A stretch of 64,000 bases of DNA from Alphaproteobacteria bacterium CG11_big_fil_rev_8_21_14_0_20_39_49 (lineage in GTDB: Bacteria; Pseudomonadota; Alphaproteobacteria; Rickettsiales; UBA6187), in the NCBI GenBank assembly GCA_002787635.1, contig PCXK01000007.1, forward strand, positions 252,676 through 316,675, written 5' to 3'. A model generated the notes under the pieces. It was not told the origin of the DNA and did no database searches. It saw only the letters and a program-made list of their open reading frames with translations. Shown here piece after piece: positions 55,603 through 64,000 of the stretch. The translations under genes and the position numbers were made by a program. How positions within the stretch are numbered: position 1 is the stretch's first letter; each line of letters begins with the position of its first letter.

Positions 55603-55946
55603 GAAAAATGTTTGTAACGGTTTTTATGATTATGCTGGCATCGACGGTTTTCGGCTTGTTTCATATTCAAAATAAGGTTAAGAATCTTAAAAAAGATTTG
55701 GTTGAAATCCATAGGCAGCTTGCTGAGGATAAGGCAATTATCCACGTATTGCATGCTGAATGGGCGTATTTGAATGAGCCTTCCAGAATAAAAAGGCTTG
55801 CAAATGAACATTTGAATCTTGAATATACAAAAGTTGCTCAATTGAAAGGGGCTGAACAAATCGGCGGTGTTTATCTGGCAAGCGTAAAGCCTAGCAAAGC
55901 TATGCCCAGCAGACCGCAGTTGAGACCTACTCTTTCGAGTTACTAG
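55599..55946 (+). CDS. ftsL: Cell division protein FtsL (alphaproteobacterial type)
   Basis: Small bitopic protein (TM segment VTVFMIMLASTVFGLF) with a coiled coil and the ...EWAYLNEPSRIKRLA motif. Position between rsmH and ftsI fits. Confidence 0.75.
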   Translation: MRKMFVTVFMIMLASTVFGLFHIQNKVKNLKKDLVEIHRQLAEDKAIIHVLHAEWAYLNEPSRIKRLANEHLNLEYTKVAQLKGAEQIGGVYLASVKPSKAMPSRPQLRPTLSSY

Positions 55947-56028
55947 TGCAGTTATTTTATTCTACGGGTTTTATCGGGAAAATAAATAGTAGCGGAATTG
56001 TGTGTTGAATCGTTAGAATTAGTTTTTT

Positions 56029-56097
56029 TGTCATGCTGAATTTATTTCAGCATCTCATTTTACTTTAACAAGACCCTGAAACAAGTTCAGGGTGACA
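56029..56097. repeat. Family-A 69-bp palindromic element
   Basis: tgtcatgctgaatttatttcagcatctcattttactttaacaagaccctgaaacaagttcagggtgaca. Confidence 0.8.
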
Positions 56098-56183
56098 AAT
56101 CAACCATAAAGTTCTCTAACTTTTTATTGTAGGATAACAAATAAAATGCAAATTTGTATTTATAAATTTGAAAGGCATACCTT

Positions 56184-57932
56184 GTGGCGGTAGAAGAAAA
56201 TAATTATTCGCAAGATGATACTGTAAGTCTGGGCAGAGCCTCGGTTGAAGACATACGCAATAGTAGGTCAAGGTTGTTTGTTGTGTCCGGTATGTTTATC
56301 TTTGTTTTCATGGCACTTATATTCCGTTTGATAGAGGTTTCCGTTTTTAAAGGGGGTAAGGTATTTACCGTCAAAAGCTACGATGAGTTTTACGATGATG
56401 ATATCAAGACAAGAGCCGATATAACGGATAGGAACGGTACGTTGCTTGCCGTAAACCTGTCTACGGCATCGCTTTATGCAAATCCGAAAGTGATTTTAGA
56501 TATTGATGATGCGGTAAAAAAGGTCAGTGCAATATTTCCTGAAACTGATGCTGCTAGCCTGAAGAGCAAACTTTCCTCCGATAAACATTTTGTCTGGATA
56601 AAAAGAAACCTTACACCTAAAGAGCAGTATAAGATAAATGAGCTTGGATTGCCGGGGCTTTACTTTAAAGAAGAAGAAAAGCGAATATATCCGCACAAGA
56701 ACTTAATGTCGCACATATTGGGTTTTGTAGATGTTGACGGTAAAGGTATATCGGGCATTGAAAGGAAATTTAACACATATTTAAGCGGTAGTAATAACAT
56801 AGGCGGAGTAAATGAAGCGTTGCAGCTTTCTGTTGATATCAGAGTGCAAAGTGTCGTAAGAGATGTTTTGAGTGATGCTATGGAAGAATTTAAGGCACTC
56901 GGTGCGGCGGGTATAGTTTTAGATGCGGATACAGGCGAGGTAATATCAATGGTGAGTATGCCTGATTTCAATCTGAACAATCCGGGCGACGCAGACCATG
57001 ATGCAAAGTTCAATAGGGCTACCTATGGCGTTTACGAAATGGGTTCTACATTCAAGGTTTTTAACATGGCACTGGGCTTTGAAAAAAATAATCTGAAATT
57101 GAAAGATATTTTTGATGTTTCCGAGCCGATAAAAGTTGCCAGATTTACTATTCGTGACTACCACCAGAAAAAGAAAGAGCTTACCGCATCTGAAGTATTT
57201 ATGTTCTCATCTAACATAGCTTCCGTACAAATAGCAGTAGATGCAGGTGAGGAGGCACAAAGGGAATTTCTGGGCAGGCTTGGGCTGCTTGATGAACTTG
57301 AAATAGAAATTCCTGAAAAATCAGAGCCGCTATATCCCGATAACTGGGGAAAAGTGAGTGCTGTGACCATATCTTACGGGCATGGTATAGCAGTTACCCC
57401 TATGCATGTGGCAAGTGCTACGGCAGCCCTTGTAAACGGAGGTGTGTTAAATCCTGTGACTTTATTGAAGAAAAGCAGGTTCAGTTTCCTAAATAGCGGT
57501 GTTAGGGTGGTGCAGGAAGATACGTCCGATAAAATAAGAAAAATAATGCGGTTGGCTGTAAAGCATGGTACGGGTAAGAACTCTGATGTGGAAGGATACC
57601 TTGTCGGAGGCAAAACAGGTTCGGCTGATAAACCCAAAGAAGGTAAATATAATACCAAAGTGAATATTTCGTCGTTTGTTTCCGCCTTTCCTATGAATGA
57701 GCCAAAGTATGTAGTTCTTGTGATGATGGACGAGCCTGTCGGAAATGCTAAAACAGGGGGTTTTACAACGGGAGGTATGGTAGCGGCTCCCGTTGCCGGA
57801 GAAGTAATAAAAAGAATAGCACCTATATTGGGCGTAACACCTGTGGATGAAAATGATTATGAAATACAGAAAGAGTTTTGGTACGATAATGAGCGAGACA
57901 AACAACAGGTTGCTATTACGGCAGTTGAGTAA
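56184..57932 (+). CDS. ftsI: Peptidoglycan D,D-transpeptidase FtsI (PBP3)
   Basis: N-terminal TM segment, active-site STFK (MGSTFKVF), SSN (MFSSNIA) and KTG (GGKTGSA). GTG start. Confidence 0.92.
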   Translation: MAVEENNYSQDDTVSLGRASVEDIRNSRSRLFVVSGMFIFVFMALIFRLIEVSVFKGGKVFTVKSYDEFYDDDIKTRADITDRNGTLLAVNLSTASLYANPKVILDIDDAVKKVSAIFPETDAASLKSKLSSDKHFVWIKRNLTPKEQYKINELGLPGLYFKEEEKRIYPHKNLMSHILGFVDVDGKGISGIERKFNTYLSGSNNIGGVNEALQLSVDIRVQSVVRDVLSDAMEEFKALGAAGIVLDADTGEVISMVSMPDFNLNNPGDADHDAKFNRATYGVYEMGSTFKVFNMALGFEKNNLKLKDIFDVSEPIKVARFTIRDYHQKKKELTASEVFMFSSNIASVQIAVDAGEEAQREFLGRLGLLDELEIEIPEKSEPLYPDNWGKVSAVTISYGHGIAVTPMHVASATAALVNGGVLNPVTLLKKSRFSFLNSGVRVVQEDTSDKIRKIMRLAVKHGTGKNSDVEGYLVGGKTGSADKPKEGKYNTKVNISSFVSAFPMNEPKYVVLVMMDEPVGNAKTGGFTTGGMVAAPVAGEVIKRIAPILGVTPVDENDYEIQKEFWYDNERDKQQVAITAVE

Positions 57933-59385
57933 TGACGGCTTGATAGCAATTGATGAAAAATACCGCAATGTTGTGATTGAGGGCGTTGCCCTTGACTCCA
58001 GAAAGGTTGAGGAGGGATTTTTGTTCGCAGCCTTAAAGGGAGCAAGTGTTGACGGTACGAAGTTTATCGCATCGGCTATCGAATCGGGTGCGGTGGCGAT
58101 TTTATGCGATAATGATTTTGCAGGAGAGATACCTGAAAATATTTGTCTGATAAAGTCTGACAATCCCAGAAAAACATTCAGTCAGATAGCTTCAAAATTC
58201 TATAACAGGCAACCCGATGTAATAGCTGCAGTTACAGGTACTAACGGCAAGACATCTGTTGTACATTTTTGCAGGGAGATATGGAAAGTTCTTGGCAAAC
58301 ATGCGGCAAGCGTGGGGACTGTAGGTATAGAGGATTCCGAGGGGAAGGTTGACTTTGACAGGTCGAATTTCCTGACTACTCCCGACCCTGTAAAGTTAAG
58401 GAAAATTATCTCGCAACTTGCCGATAGCGGTGTTACACATCTTGCTATGGAGGCTTCAAGTCACGGGCTTGACCAATACAGACCTGACGGACTTAATATT
58501 AAAGTAGCCGCTTTTACCAACCTTACACGTGACCATCTGGATTATCACGGTAATTTTGAAAATTATCTTGCTGCGAAAATGCGTCTGTTTACGGAAGTTA
58601 TGGCTCCAAACGGAGTTGCCGTCCTTAATGCCGACATAGAACAGTTTGAGCAGCTTGAGACAGAGTGTCAAAAAAGGGGGCTTACGGTATTTTCAGTCGG
58701 AAAATATAGCAGGGCAAGGCGGAACTATATTGATATTTTCGATATATTAAATACCGCCGAAGGGCAGCAGATATCTTTTGAAGTATTGGGTCGTGTTTAT
58801 AATATAAATACCTCATTAATAGGTGAGTTTCAGGCTTATAATATGCTTTGTGCAATGGCGGTTGTTGTGGCATCGGGTGCTAATGTTGACGAGGCGGCTT
58901 TCGCTTTGGAAAAAGTTGATTGCGTTCCGGGGAGAATGCAAAGAGTTACAAAGCCGGAGAATGATTTTAGTATATTTGTTGATTACTCGCATACTCCCGA
59001 TGCATTACAAAAAGCCCTTGATGTATTGAAGCCTCTTACTAAGGGAAAGCTTTGGGTGGTTTTTGGTTGCGGTGGCGACAGGGACAAAGGAAAACGTCCG
59101 CTAATGGGAGAGATAGCCGTAAAGATTGCCGATAATGTTGTTGTGACCGATGATAATCCGAGAAGTGAAAATCCTGCACAGATAAGGCAGGAAATATTAG
59201 CATCTACTAAAGGGGCGGAAGAAATATCGGATAGACATAAAGCGATTGAATATGCTATTGCAAAGCTGCAAAAAGGTGATGTTTTGCTGATAGCCGGAAA
59301 AGGGCATGAAAAAACACAGACTATCGGAGAAAATGTTTTGCCGTTTGATGATGTTGAGGTGGCAAGGAAGTGTATTGATAATTAG
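57889..59385 (+). CDS. murE: UDP-N-acetylmuramoyl-L-alanyl-D-glutamate--2,6-diaminopimelate ligase
   Basis: GTNGKTS P-loop, MEASSHGL, TNLTRDHLDYH, DYSHTPDAL, DDNPRSE (the DNPR motif for mDAP). The start is uncertain (57847 or 57889) and overlaps the ftsI end. Confidence 0.92.
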   Translation: MSETNNRLLLRQLSNDGLIAIDEKYRNVVIEGVALDSRKVEEGFLFAALKGASVDGTKFIASAIESGAVAILCDNDFAGEIPENICLIKSDNPRKTFSQIASKFYNRQPDVIAAVTGTNGKTSVVHFCREIWKVLGKHAASVGTVGIEDSEGKVDFDRSNFLTTPDPVKLRKIISQLADSGVTHLAMEASSHGLDQYRPDGLNIKVAAFTNLTRDHLDYHGNFENYLAAKMRLFTEVMAPNGVAVLNADIEQFEQLETECQKRGLTVFSVGKYSRARRNYIDIFDILNTAEGQQISFEVLGRVYNINTSLIGEFQAYNMLCAMAVVVASGANVDEAAFALEKVDCVPGRMQRVTKPENDFSIFVDYSHTPDALQKALDVLKPLTKGKLWVVFGCGGDRDKGKRPLMGEIAVKIADNVVVTDDNPRSENPAQIRQEILASTKGAEEISDRHKAIEYAIAKLQKGDVLLIAGKGHEKTQTIGENVLPFDDVEVARKCIDN

Positions 59386-59432
59386 TAGGATATGATTTTG
59401 TAAAGTAAATTTGAATTTAATTACTTACATAT

Positions 59433-59478
59433 GTCATTCCACGAATTTTGTTAGTAGAACAAAATTATAGTGGAATCC
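59433..59478. repeat. Family-B-like single arm
   Basis: gtcattccacgaattttgttagtagaacaaaattatagtggaatcc. Confidence 0.5.
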
Positions 59479-59529
59479 ATATTTAAAAAAGTTAGGAAAA
59501 CTTTAAAATTAATTGCGGAGAAAAATAAT

Positions 59530-60936
59530 ATGACTTTATGGAACAGCGAAGATGTACAAACCGCAACGTGCGGTGTGTCGGTTAATAGCTGGGAAGCCGG
59601 CGGTGTTTCAATCGATAGCAGAAAAATAGAATCGGGCGACCTGTTTATAGCACTGGTAGGCGATAATAATGACGGTCATAAATATGTTAAATCCGCACTT
59701 GCAAAAGGAGCTGTGGCGGCGGTTGTAAATTATGTACCCGATGATATGGACGACAGAGATAATCTCTTAATAGTCGATAACACTTTTGACGCATTGTGGG
59801 ATATGGCAAGATATAGCCGTGACAGAATGAAAGGCAAAGTTATAATGGTAACAGGCAGTGTGGGTAAAACCACTACCAAGGAAATGCTGGCACATGTGTT
59901 GGAACATCAGGGAAAAGTTCATGCTACTATAGGCAATTTAAACAATCATTATGGCTTGCCGCTAACCCTTGCGAGAATGCCTGCCGATACCGATTATGCG
60001 TTATTAGAGGTGGGAATGAGTAGTGCAGGTGAAATTTCACCGCTTTCTGTTTTGACTCAACCCGACAGTGTTATTATTACCAATGTAGAGCCTGTGCATC
60101 TTGAGTTTTTTGATTCGATAGAGGGCATAGCAAAAGCTAAGGCTGAGGTTTTCGACGGATTAAAAGAAGGTGGTTGTGCAGTGTTGAATTATGATAATCT
60201 TAATTTCCCTTACTTACAAAAAATCGCCGATGAGAAAAATATAAAAAATATTAAGACTTTCGGAAAAAGTAGTAATGCTGCTTTCAGATTGGATAAATAT
60301 GAAGAAACGGTTGATAATGCAAAGATTATAGCCTCATTAGACGGTAGTGAAGTTCAGTATGAGCTAGGTATTTTTGGAGAGCATCACGCTTTAAATTCAT
60401 TGGGTGTTCTGGCATTAGTAAAATCCGTAGGTGCAAATTTAGAGCGTGCCGCAGATGCATTTGCAGATTTTGAAGCAAAAGCGGGCAGGGGAAAAAGAAT
60501 GTGTATTGAGGGAAAGTTCGGCAATATTACCCTTATCGACGATACGTATAACGCAAGTCCTGCCGCAGTTTCAGCTTCCTTGAAAGTTCTGGGGGATATT
60601 AAGGCTAAGTATAAAAACCGTATCGTTGCCGTTTTGGGTGATATGTTCGAGCTAGGTGATGATGCGATAAAAATGCATGAGGAGCTATCGACGAAAATTA
60701 TAGAAAATAATGTAGATGTTGTATTTACGGCTGGAAAATTAACAAAATCACTTTATAACCGTTTGCCTGATGAAATAAAAGGAAATCATAAAGATGATTC
60801 GTCCGAAATAGCAATAAGCGTTTATAACTGCTTAAAAGACGGCGATGTTGTTTTGGTGAAAGGCTCAAGAGGCATGAAGATGGAGAATGTGGTTAATTAC
60901 ATATGTAATGATAAAGGTATGAAAAATGCTATATAA
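59530..60936 (+). CDS. murF: UDP-N-acetylmuramoyl-tripeptide--D-alanyl-D-alanine ligase
   Basis: [38 protein letters not shown] and GDMFELG. I prefer the ATG at 59530 because the upstream part of the ORF overlaps a repeat. Confidence 0.92.
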   Translation: MTLWNSEDVQTATCGVSVNSWEAGGVSIDSRKIESGDLFIALVGDNNDGHKYVKSALAKGAVAAVVNYVPDDMDDRDNLLIVDNTFDALWDMARYSRDRMKGKVIMVTGSVGKTTTKEMLAHVLEHQGKVHATIGNLNNHYGLPLTLARMPADTDYALLEVGMSSAGEISPLSVLTQPDSVIITNVEPVHLEFFDSIEGIAKAKAEVFDGLKEGGCAVLNYDNLNFPYLQKIADEKNIKNIKTFGKSSNAAFRLDKYEETVDNAKIIASLDGSEVQYELGIFGEHHALNSLGVLALVKSVGANLERAADAFADFEAKAGRGKRMCIEGKFGNITLIDDTYNASPAAVSASLKVLGDIKAKYKNRIVAVLGDMFELGDDAIKMHEELSTKIIENNVDVVFTAGKLTKSLYNRLPDEIKGNHKDDSSEIAISVYNCLKDGDVVLVKGSRGMKMENVVNYICNDKGMKNAI

Positions 60937-62014
60937 TTTATTAATGCCTCTGGTGGACGATTACACCTTTTTAAATGTATTCCGATACATCACCTTTAGA
61001 AGCGGCGGTGCTGTTTTCACATCTCTTTTGATATGTTTTGTTTTTGGTTCTCCTATTATAAGATGGCTGAAAAATAAGCAAAATGAAGGGCAGCCTATCC
61101 GCCTTGACGGCCCTGAGGGGCATTTACTAACAAAAAAAGGCACTCCTACGATGGGTGGGGTTATGATGTTGCTTTCGGTCGGTATATCAACATTACTTTG
61201 GGCGGATATAACCAACCAATATGTATGGGTGGTACTGTTTGTAACGTTTGGTTATGGAGCATTGGGTTTTATTGATGACTATCTGAAAGTTACCAAGAAA
61301 AACACTGCCGGTGTGCGTGGAAAACTGAAAATTGTTGTACAGGTGTTAATAGCATTGATTGCAAGCTGCTGGATACAATATTTGTCAATTCCTGCTTTTG
61401 AAAGCCACCTTGCTTTTCCTTTTTTCAAAAACCTGTTACTGAATCTTGGAATTTTTTATATACCGTTCGCTATTATCGTAATGGTGGGTGCTTCTAATGC
61501 GGTTAACCTGACAGATGGTCTTGATGGGCTTGCTATTGTTCCGATAATGATAGCTGCCGCATGTTTTGGTTTGATAGCCTATCTTGTGGGGCATGTTAAG
61601 TTTGCCGATTATCTTCAGATACATGCCGTATCAGGAGCGGGTGAAATAGCCGTGTTTTGTGCATCAATGATAGGTGCGGGTTTGGGGTTCCTGTGGTTTA
61701 ATGCACCTCCGGCAAAAGTATTTATGGGTGATACGGGAAGCCTTGCTTTTGGTGGCTCTTTGGGGGTTATCAGTGTTATTGTAAAGCACGAAATAGTTTT
61801 GGCAATAATCGGCGGTCTGTTCGTTATGGAAGCCGTTTCAGTTATAATTCAGGTCTATTATTTTAAACTTACCGGAAAAAGATTCTTCGGTATGGCTCCT
61901 ATTCACCATCATTTTGAAAAAAAGGGCTGGAGTGAGCCGACTATAGTAATAAGGTTCTGGATACTGGCAGTAATTTTCGCACTTATCGGACTATCAACGT
62001 TGAAACTAAGATGA
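60926..62014 (+). CDS. mraY: Phospho-N-acetylmuramoyl-pentapeptide transferase
   Basis: [39 protein letters not shown] and APIHHHFE. Confidence 0.95.
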   Translation: MLYNLLMPLVDDYTFLNVFRYITFRSGGAVFTSLLICFVFGSPIIRWLKNKQNEGQPIRLDGPEGHLLTKKGTPTMGGVMMLLSVGISTLLWADITNQYVWVVLFVTFGYGALGFIDDYLKVTKKNTAGVRGKLKIVVQVLIALIASCWIQYLSIPAFESHLAFPFFKNLLLNLGIFYIPFAIIVMVGASNAVNLTDGLDGLAIVPIMIAAACFGLIAYLVGHVKFADYLQIHAVSGAGEIAVFCASMIGAGLGFLWFNAPPAKVFMGDTGSLAFGGSLGVISVIVKHEIVLAIIGGLFVMEAVSVIIQVYYFKLTGKRFFGMAPIHHHFEKKGWSEPTIVIRFWILAVIFALIGLSTLKLR

Positions 62015-63384
62015 TTAATTTAGATTTTGTTAAGGGTAAAAAAGTAGTTGTTTTCGGCTTGGGCAAGGCAGGTATGTCATCTGTAAAAGCTCTTGCTTTT
62101 GGCGGTGCTTTTGTAATTGCATCTGATGATTCGAAAGAATCTAAGGCAGCTTTAAAAAATGGAAATATTCCCAATGTTTTAGTTGAAGATGTTGAGTCAA
62201 TAGACTGGAATGGTGTGGATTTTATGGTGTTAAGTCCCGGAGTGCCGTTTACACACCCAAGGCCGCATAAAGTTGTAAAGCTTGCACAAAATGCAGGTTG
62301 TGAAATAATATGTGATATTGAGCTTTTATATCGTGCAAATCCAAAATCAAAATTTATAGGAATAACCGGAACTAACGGCAAATCCACAACCACGGCTCTG
62401 ATAGGGCATATTTTAAGGAGTGCCGGAATTAACTGTGCTGTAGGGGGCAATATAGGGATTGCGGCGTTGGATTTGGAAAATCTGGGCAGTGACGGTGTAT
62501 ATGTAATAGAAATGTCGTCATATCAGCTTGACCTTATTAATAAAACTAAGTTCGATATTTCAGTATGGCTGAATATAACGCCCGACCATCTGGACAGGCA
62601 TGGAGGAATTGAAGGTTATATAATAGCCAAGAAGAATATTTTTACAAATCAGGGTGAAGGAGATTTGGCTGTAATAGGTGTGGACGATTCTTTTTCCGTA
62701 AATGTTTTTGAAGGTTTAAAGAGGGAAGCAAAAATTTCAAATATAATACCTATTTCAGTTAATGACATACTAGAACACGGTGTAAGTATGAAAGAAACGC
62801 TGATAATAGACGGTGAGAGTGCTAGGTTCGGTATTGAACTTGGCGAATTGAAAAAAATACAAGGTAAACATAATGCACAAAATATCTGTGCAGCTTATGT
62901 TGTTGCCAAACATTGCGGTGTTACAATGGAAGATTTTGTACAGGGTGTAAGAAGCTTTGACGGACTGCCGCACAGAATGCAGTATGTCAGGGAAGAAAAC
63001 GGCGTTGTTTATATTAATGACAGTAAAGCAACAAATGCCGATGCCGCATCTAAGGCACTGGAGACTTTCGGCAATATATACTGGATATTAGGAGGAGTGC
63101 CAAAGTCAGGAGGTATTGAATCCCTGCAAGGTTATTTCCCCAAGATAAAACACGCTTATTTGATAGGTGAGGCACAAGACGAATTTGCAGGCACATTACA
63201 AGGTAAGATTGAGTTTACAAAATGTAATGATTTAAAAAACGCTTTTATTAAAGCCAAAAAAGATGCAGAAAGTTGTGGCGAAGAACAACCGGTTGTGCTT
63301 TTATCACCTGCATGTGCATCTTTTGATCAGTGGTCTAATTTCGAAGAAAGAGGTGACGCATTTATTGCTTATGTTAATGGGTGA
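62011..63384 (+). CDS. murD: UDP-N-acetylmuramoylalanine--D-glutamate ligase
   Basis: [49 protein letters not shown] and SPACASFD. Confidence 0.95.
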   Translation: MINLDFVKGKKVVVFGLGKAGMSSVKALAFGGAFVIASDDSKESKAALKNGNIPNVLVEDVESIDWNGVDFMVLSPGVPFTHPRPHKVVKLAQNAGCEIICDIELLYRANPKSKFIGITGTNGKSTTTALIGHILRSAGINCAVGGNIGIAALDLENLGSDGVYVIEMSSYQLDLINKTKFDISVWLNITPDHLDRHGGIEGYIIAKKNIFTNQGEGDLAVIGVDDSFSVNVFEGLKREAKISNIIPISVNDILEHGVSMKETLIIDGESARFGIELGELKKIQGKHNAQNICAAYVVAKHCGVTMEDFVQGVRSFDGLPHRMQYVREENGVVYINDSKATNADAASKALETFGNIYWILGGVPKSGGIESLQGYFPKIKHAYLIGEAQDEFAGTLQGKIEFTKCNDLKNAFIKAKKDAESCGEEQPVVLLSPACASFDQWSNFEERGDAFIAYVNG

Positions 63385-63389
63385 ATTTT

Positions 63390-64000
63390 ATGAAGTTTGA
63401 CCGTCAAAATAAGAATATATTTACCGGTTGGTGGTGGACGGTTGATAAGTTATCCTTGCTTGCAATAACTATGATAATTCTTTTCGGTGCTGTGATGGTG
63501 GCTACTACAAGCCCTGCGATAGCCGACCGTATCGGCTATGATAGTTTTCACTTTGCAAAAAAACAGCTTATGTTCTTATTGGGAACATTCCTTATTATTG
63601 TGACGGTTTCTTTTATGCCTCCAATAGCAATAAGAAGGATTGCCACGTTCGGTTTTTTAGTAAGCATTTTGCTGATGGTGGGAGTGGTTTTGTTCGGGCA
63701 TGAGATAAACGGTGCAAAACGCTGGATATTCATAGCGGGGCAATCGCTTCAGCCGTCCGAGTTTATGAAGCCTTTCTTTATAATCGTTATAGCTTGGATG
63801 CTATCGGAGGCTAAAAACAGAAAAGGTTTTAAAGGTTTTCAGATATCACTTATCTTATATGCACTGGTTGCGGCACTTCTTATAAGCCAGCCTGATTTCG
63901 GTATGTTCTTTGTGGTAACTGCCGTTTGGGGAGGGCAGCTTTTTGTAGGGGGGTTATCGATACCTCTTGTTATAAGCATAGTTCTTGCGGGGTTGTTTGT
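63390..64000 (+). CDS. ftsW: Peptidoglycan glycosyltransferase FtsW (SEDS family); 3' end lies beyond the window
   Basis: My own translation from the ATG at 63390: MKFDRQNKNIFTGWWWTVDKLSLLAITMIILFGAVMVATTSPA ... INGAKRWIFIAGQSLQPSEFMKPFFII ... QPDFGM. The frame is open to the window end. Absent from the supplied ORF track because no stop is reached. Confidence 0.85.
   Translation, partial: MKFDRQNKNIFTGWWWTVDKLSLLAITMIILFGAVMVATTSPAIADRIGYDSFHFAKKQLMFLLGTFLIIVTVSFMPPIAIRRIATFGFLVSILLMVGVVLFGHEINGAKRWIFIAGQSLQPSEFMKPFFIIVIAWMLSEAKNRKGFKGFQISLILYALVAALLISQPDFGMFFVVTAVWGGQLFVGGLSIPLVISIVLAGLF

Noticed and set aside
54389-62450. Long antisense ORFs within the dcw cluster (54389-54817, 55260-55859, 57489-58163, 61983-62450)
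   Set aside because: Each lies fully opposite a confidently identified conserved gene (mraZ/rsmH, rsmH/ftsL, ftsI/murE, mraY/murD). They are shadow ORFs with atypical composition.

Overview
This is an AT-rich bacterial chromosome segment. I assign it to the Alphaproteobacteria on three markers: an F1-ATPase zeta-subunit/DUF1476 gene, an AddA-type helicase-nuclease, and alphaproteobacterial-style DUF2336 and PAS_5-like genes. The many short palindromic intergenic repeats suggest a Rickettsiales- or Holosporales-like host-associated lineage, but that is inference only. Ordinary housekeeping genes: rpe, nadC, iscX, addA, purC-purS-purQ-purL, lysA, an amidase, RNase P RNA, tRNA-Asp, tRNA-Leu, and the dcw cluster from mraZ to ftsW. 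Three regions stand out. (1) Positions 1-9292 look like a genomic island. It ends in a decayed P4-type integrase next to tRNA-Asp. It carries a tightly packed operon: a beta-propeller protein, a polytopic-membrane/HlyD fusion, TolC, an alkaline-phosphatase-superfamily enzyme, a sulfotransferase and a charged orphan protein. No ABC, RND or MFS energiser is visible. This is my best candidate for an undescribed export-plus-sulfation system. (2) Positions 18665-34375 hold a complete single-locus type IVa pilus system with several atypical features. These include a PilM-PilN fusion carrying about 8.5 copies of a 57-bp in-frame repeat, proline-rich N-terminal extensions on both PilB and PilT, a secretin with a lipobox, a short PilD, and a pilin-like gene broken by an in-frame stop. 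(3) At least four families of short palindromic MITE/REP-like repeats sit in intergenic gaps, including gaps inside operons. One copy is nested inside another. A near-identical 55-bp direct repeat brackets a single orphan gene. All calls come from reading the translations and the sequence by eye. No database search was run.
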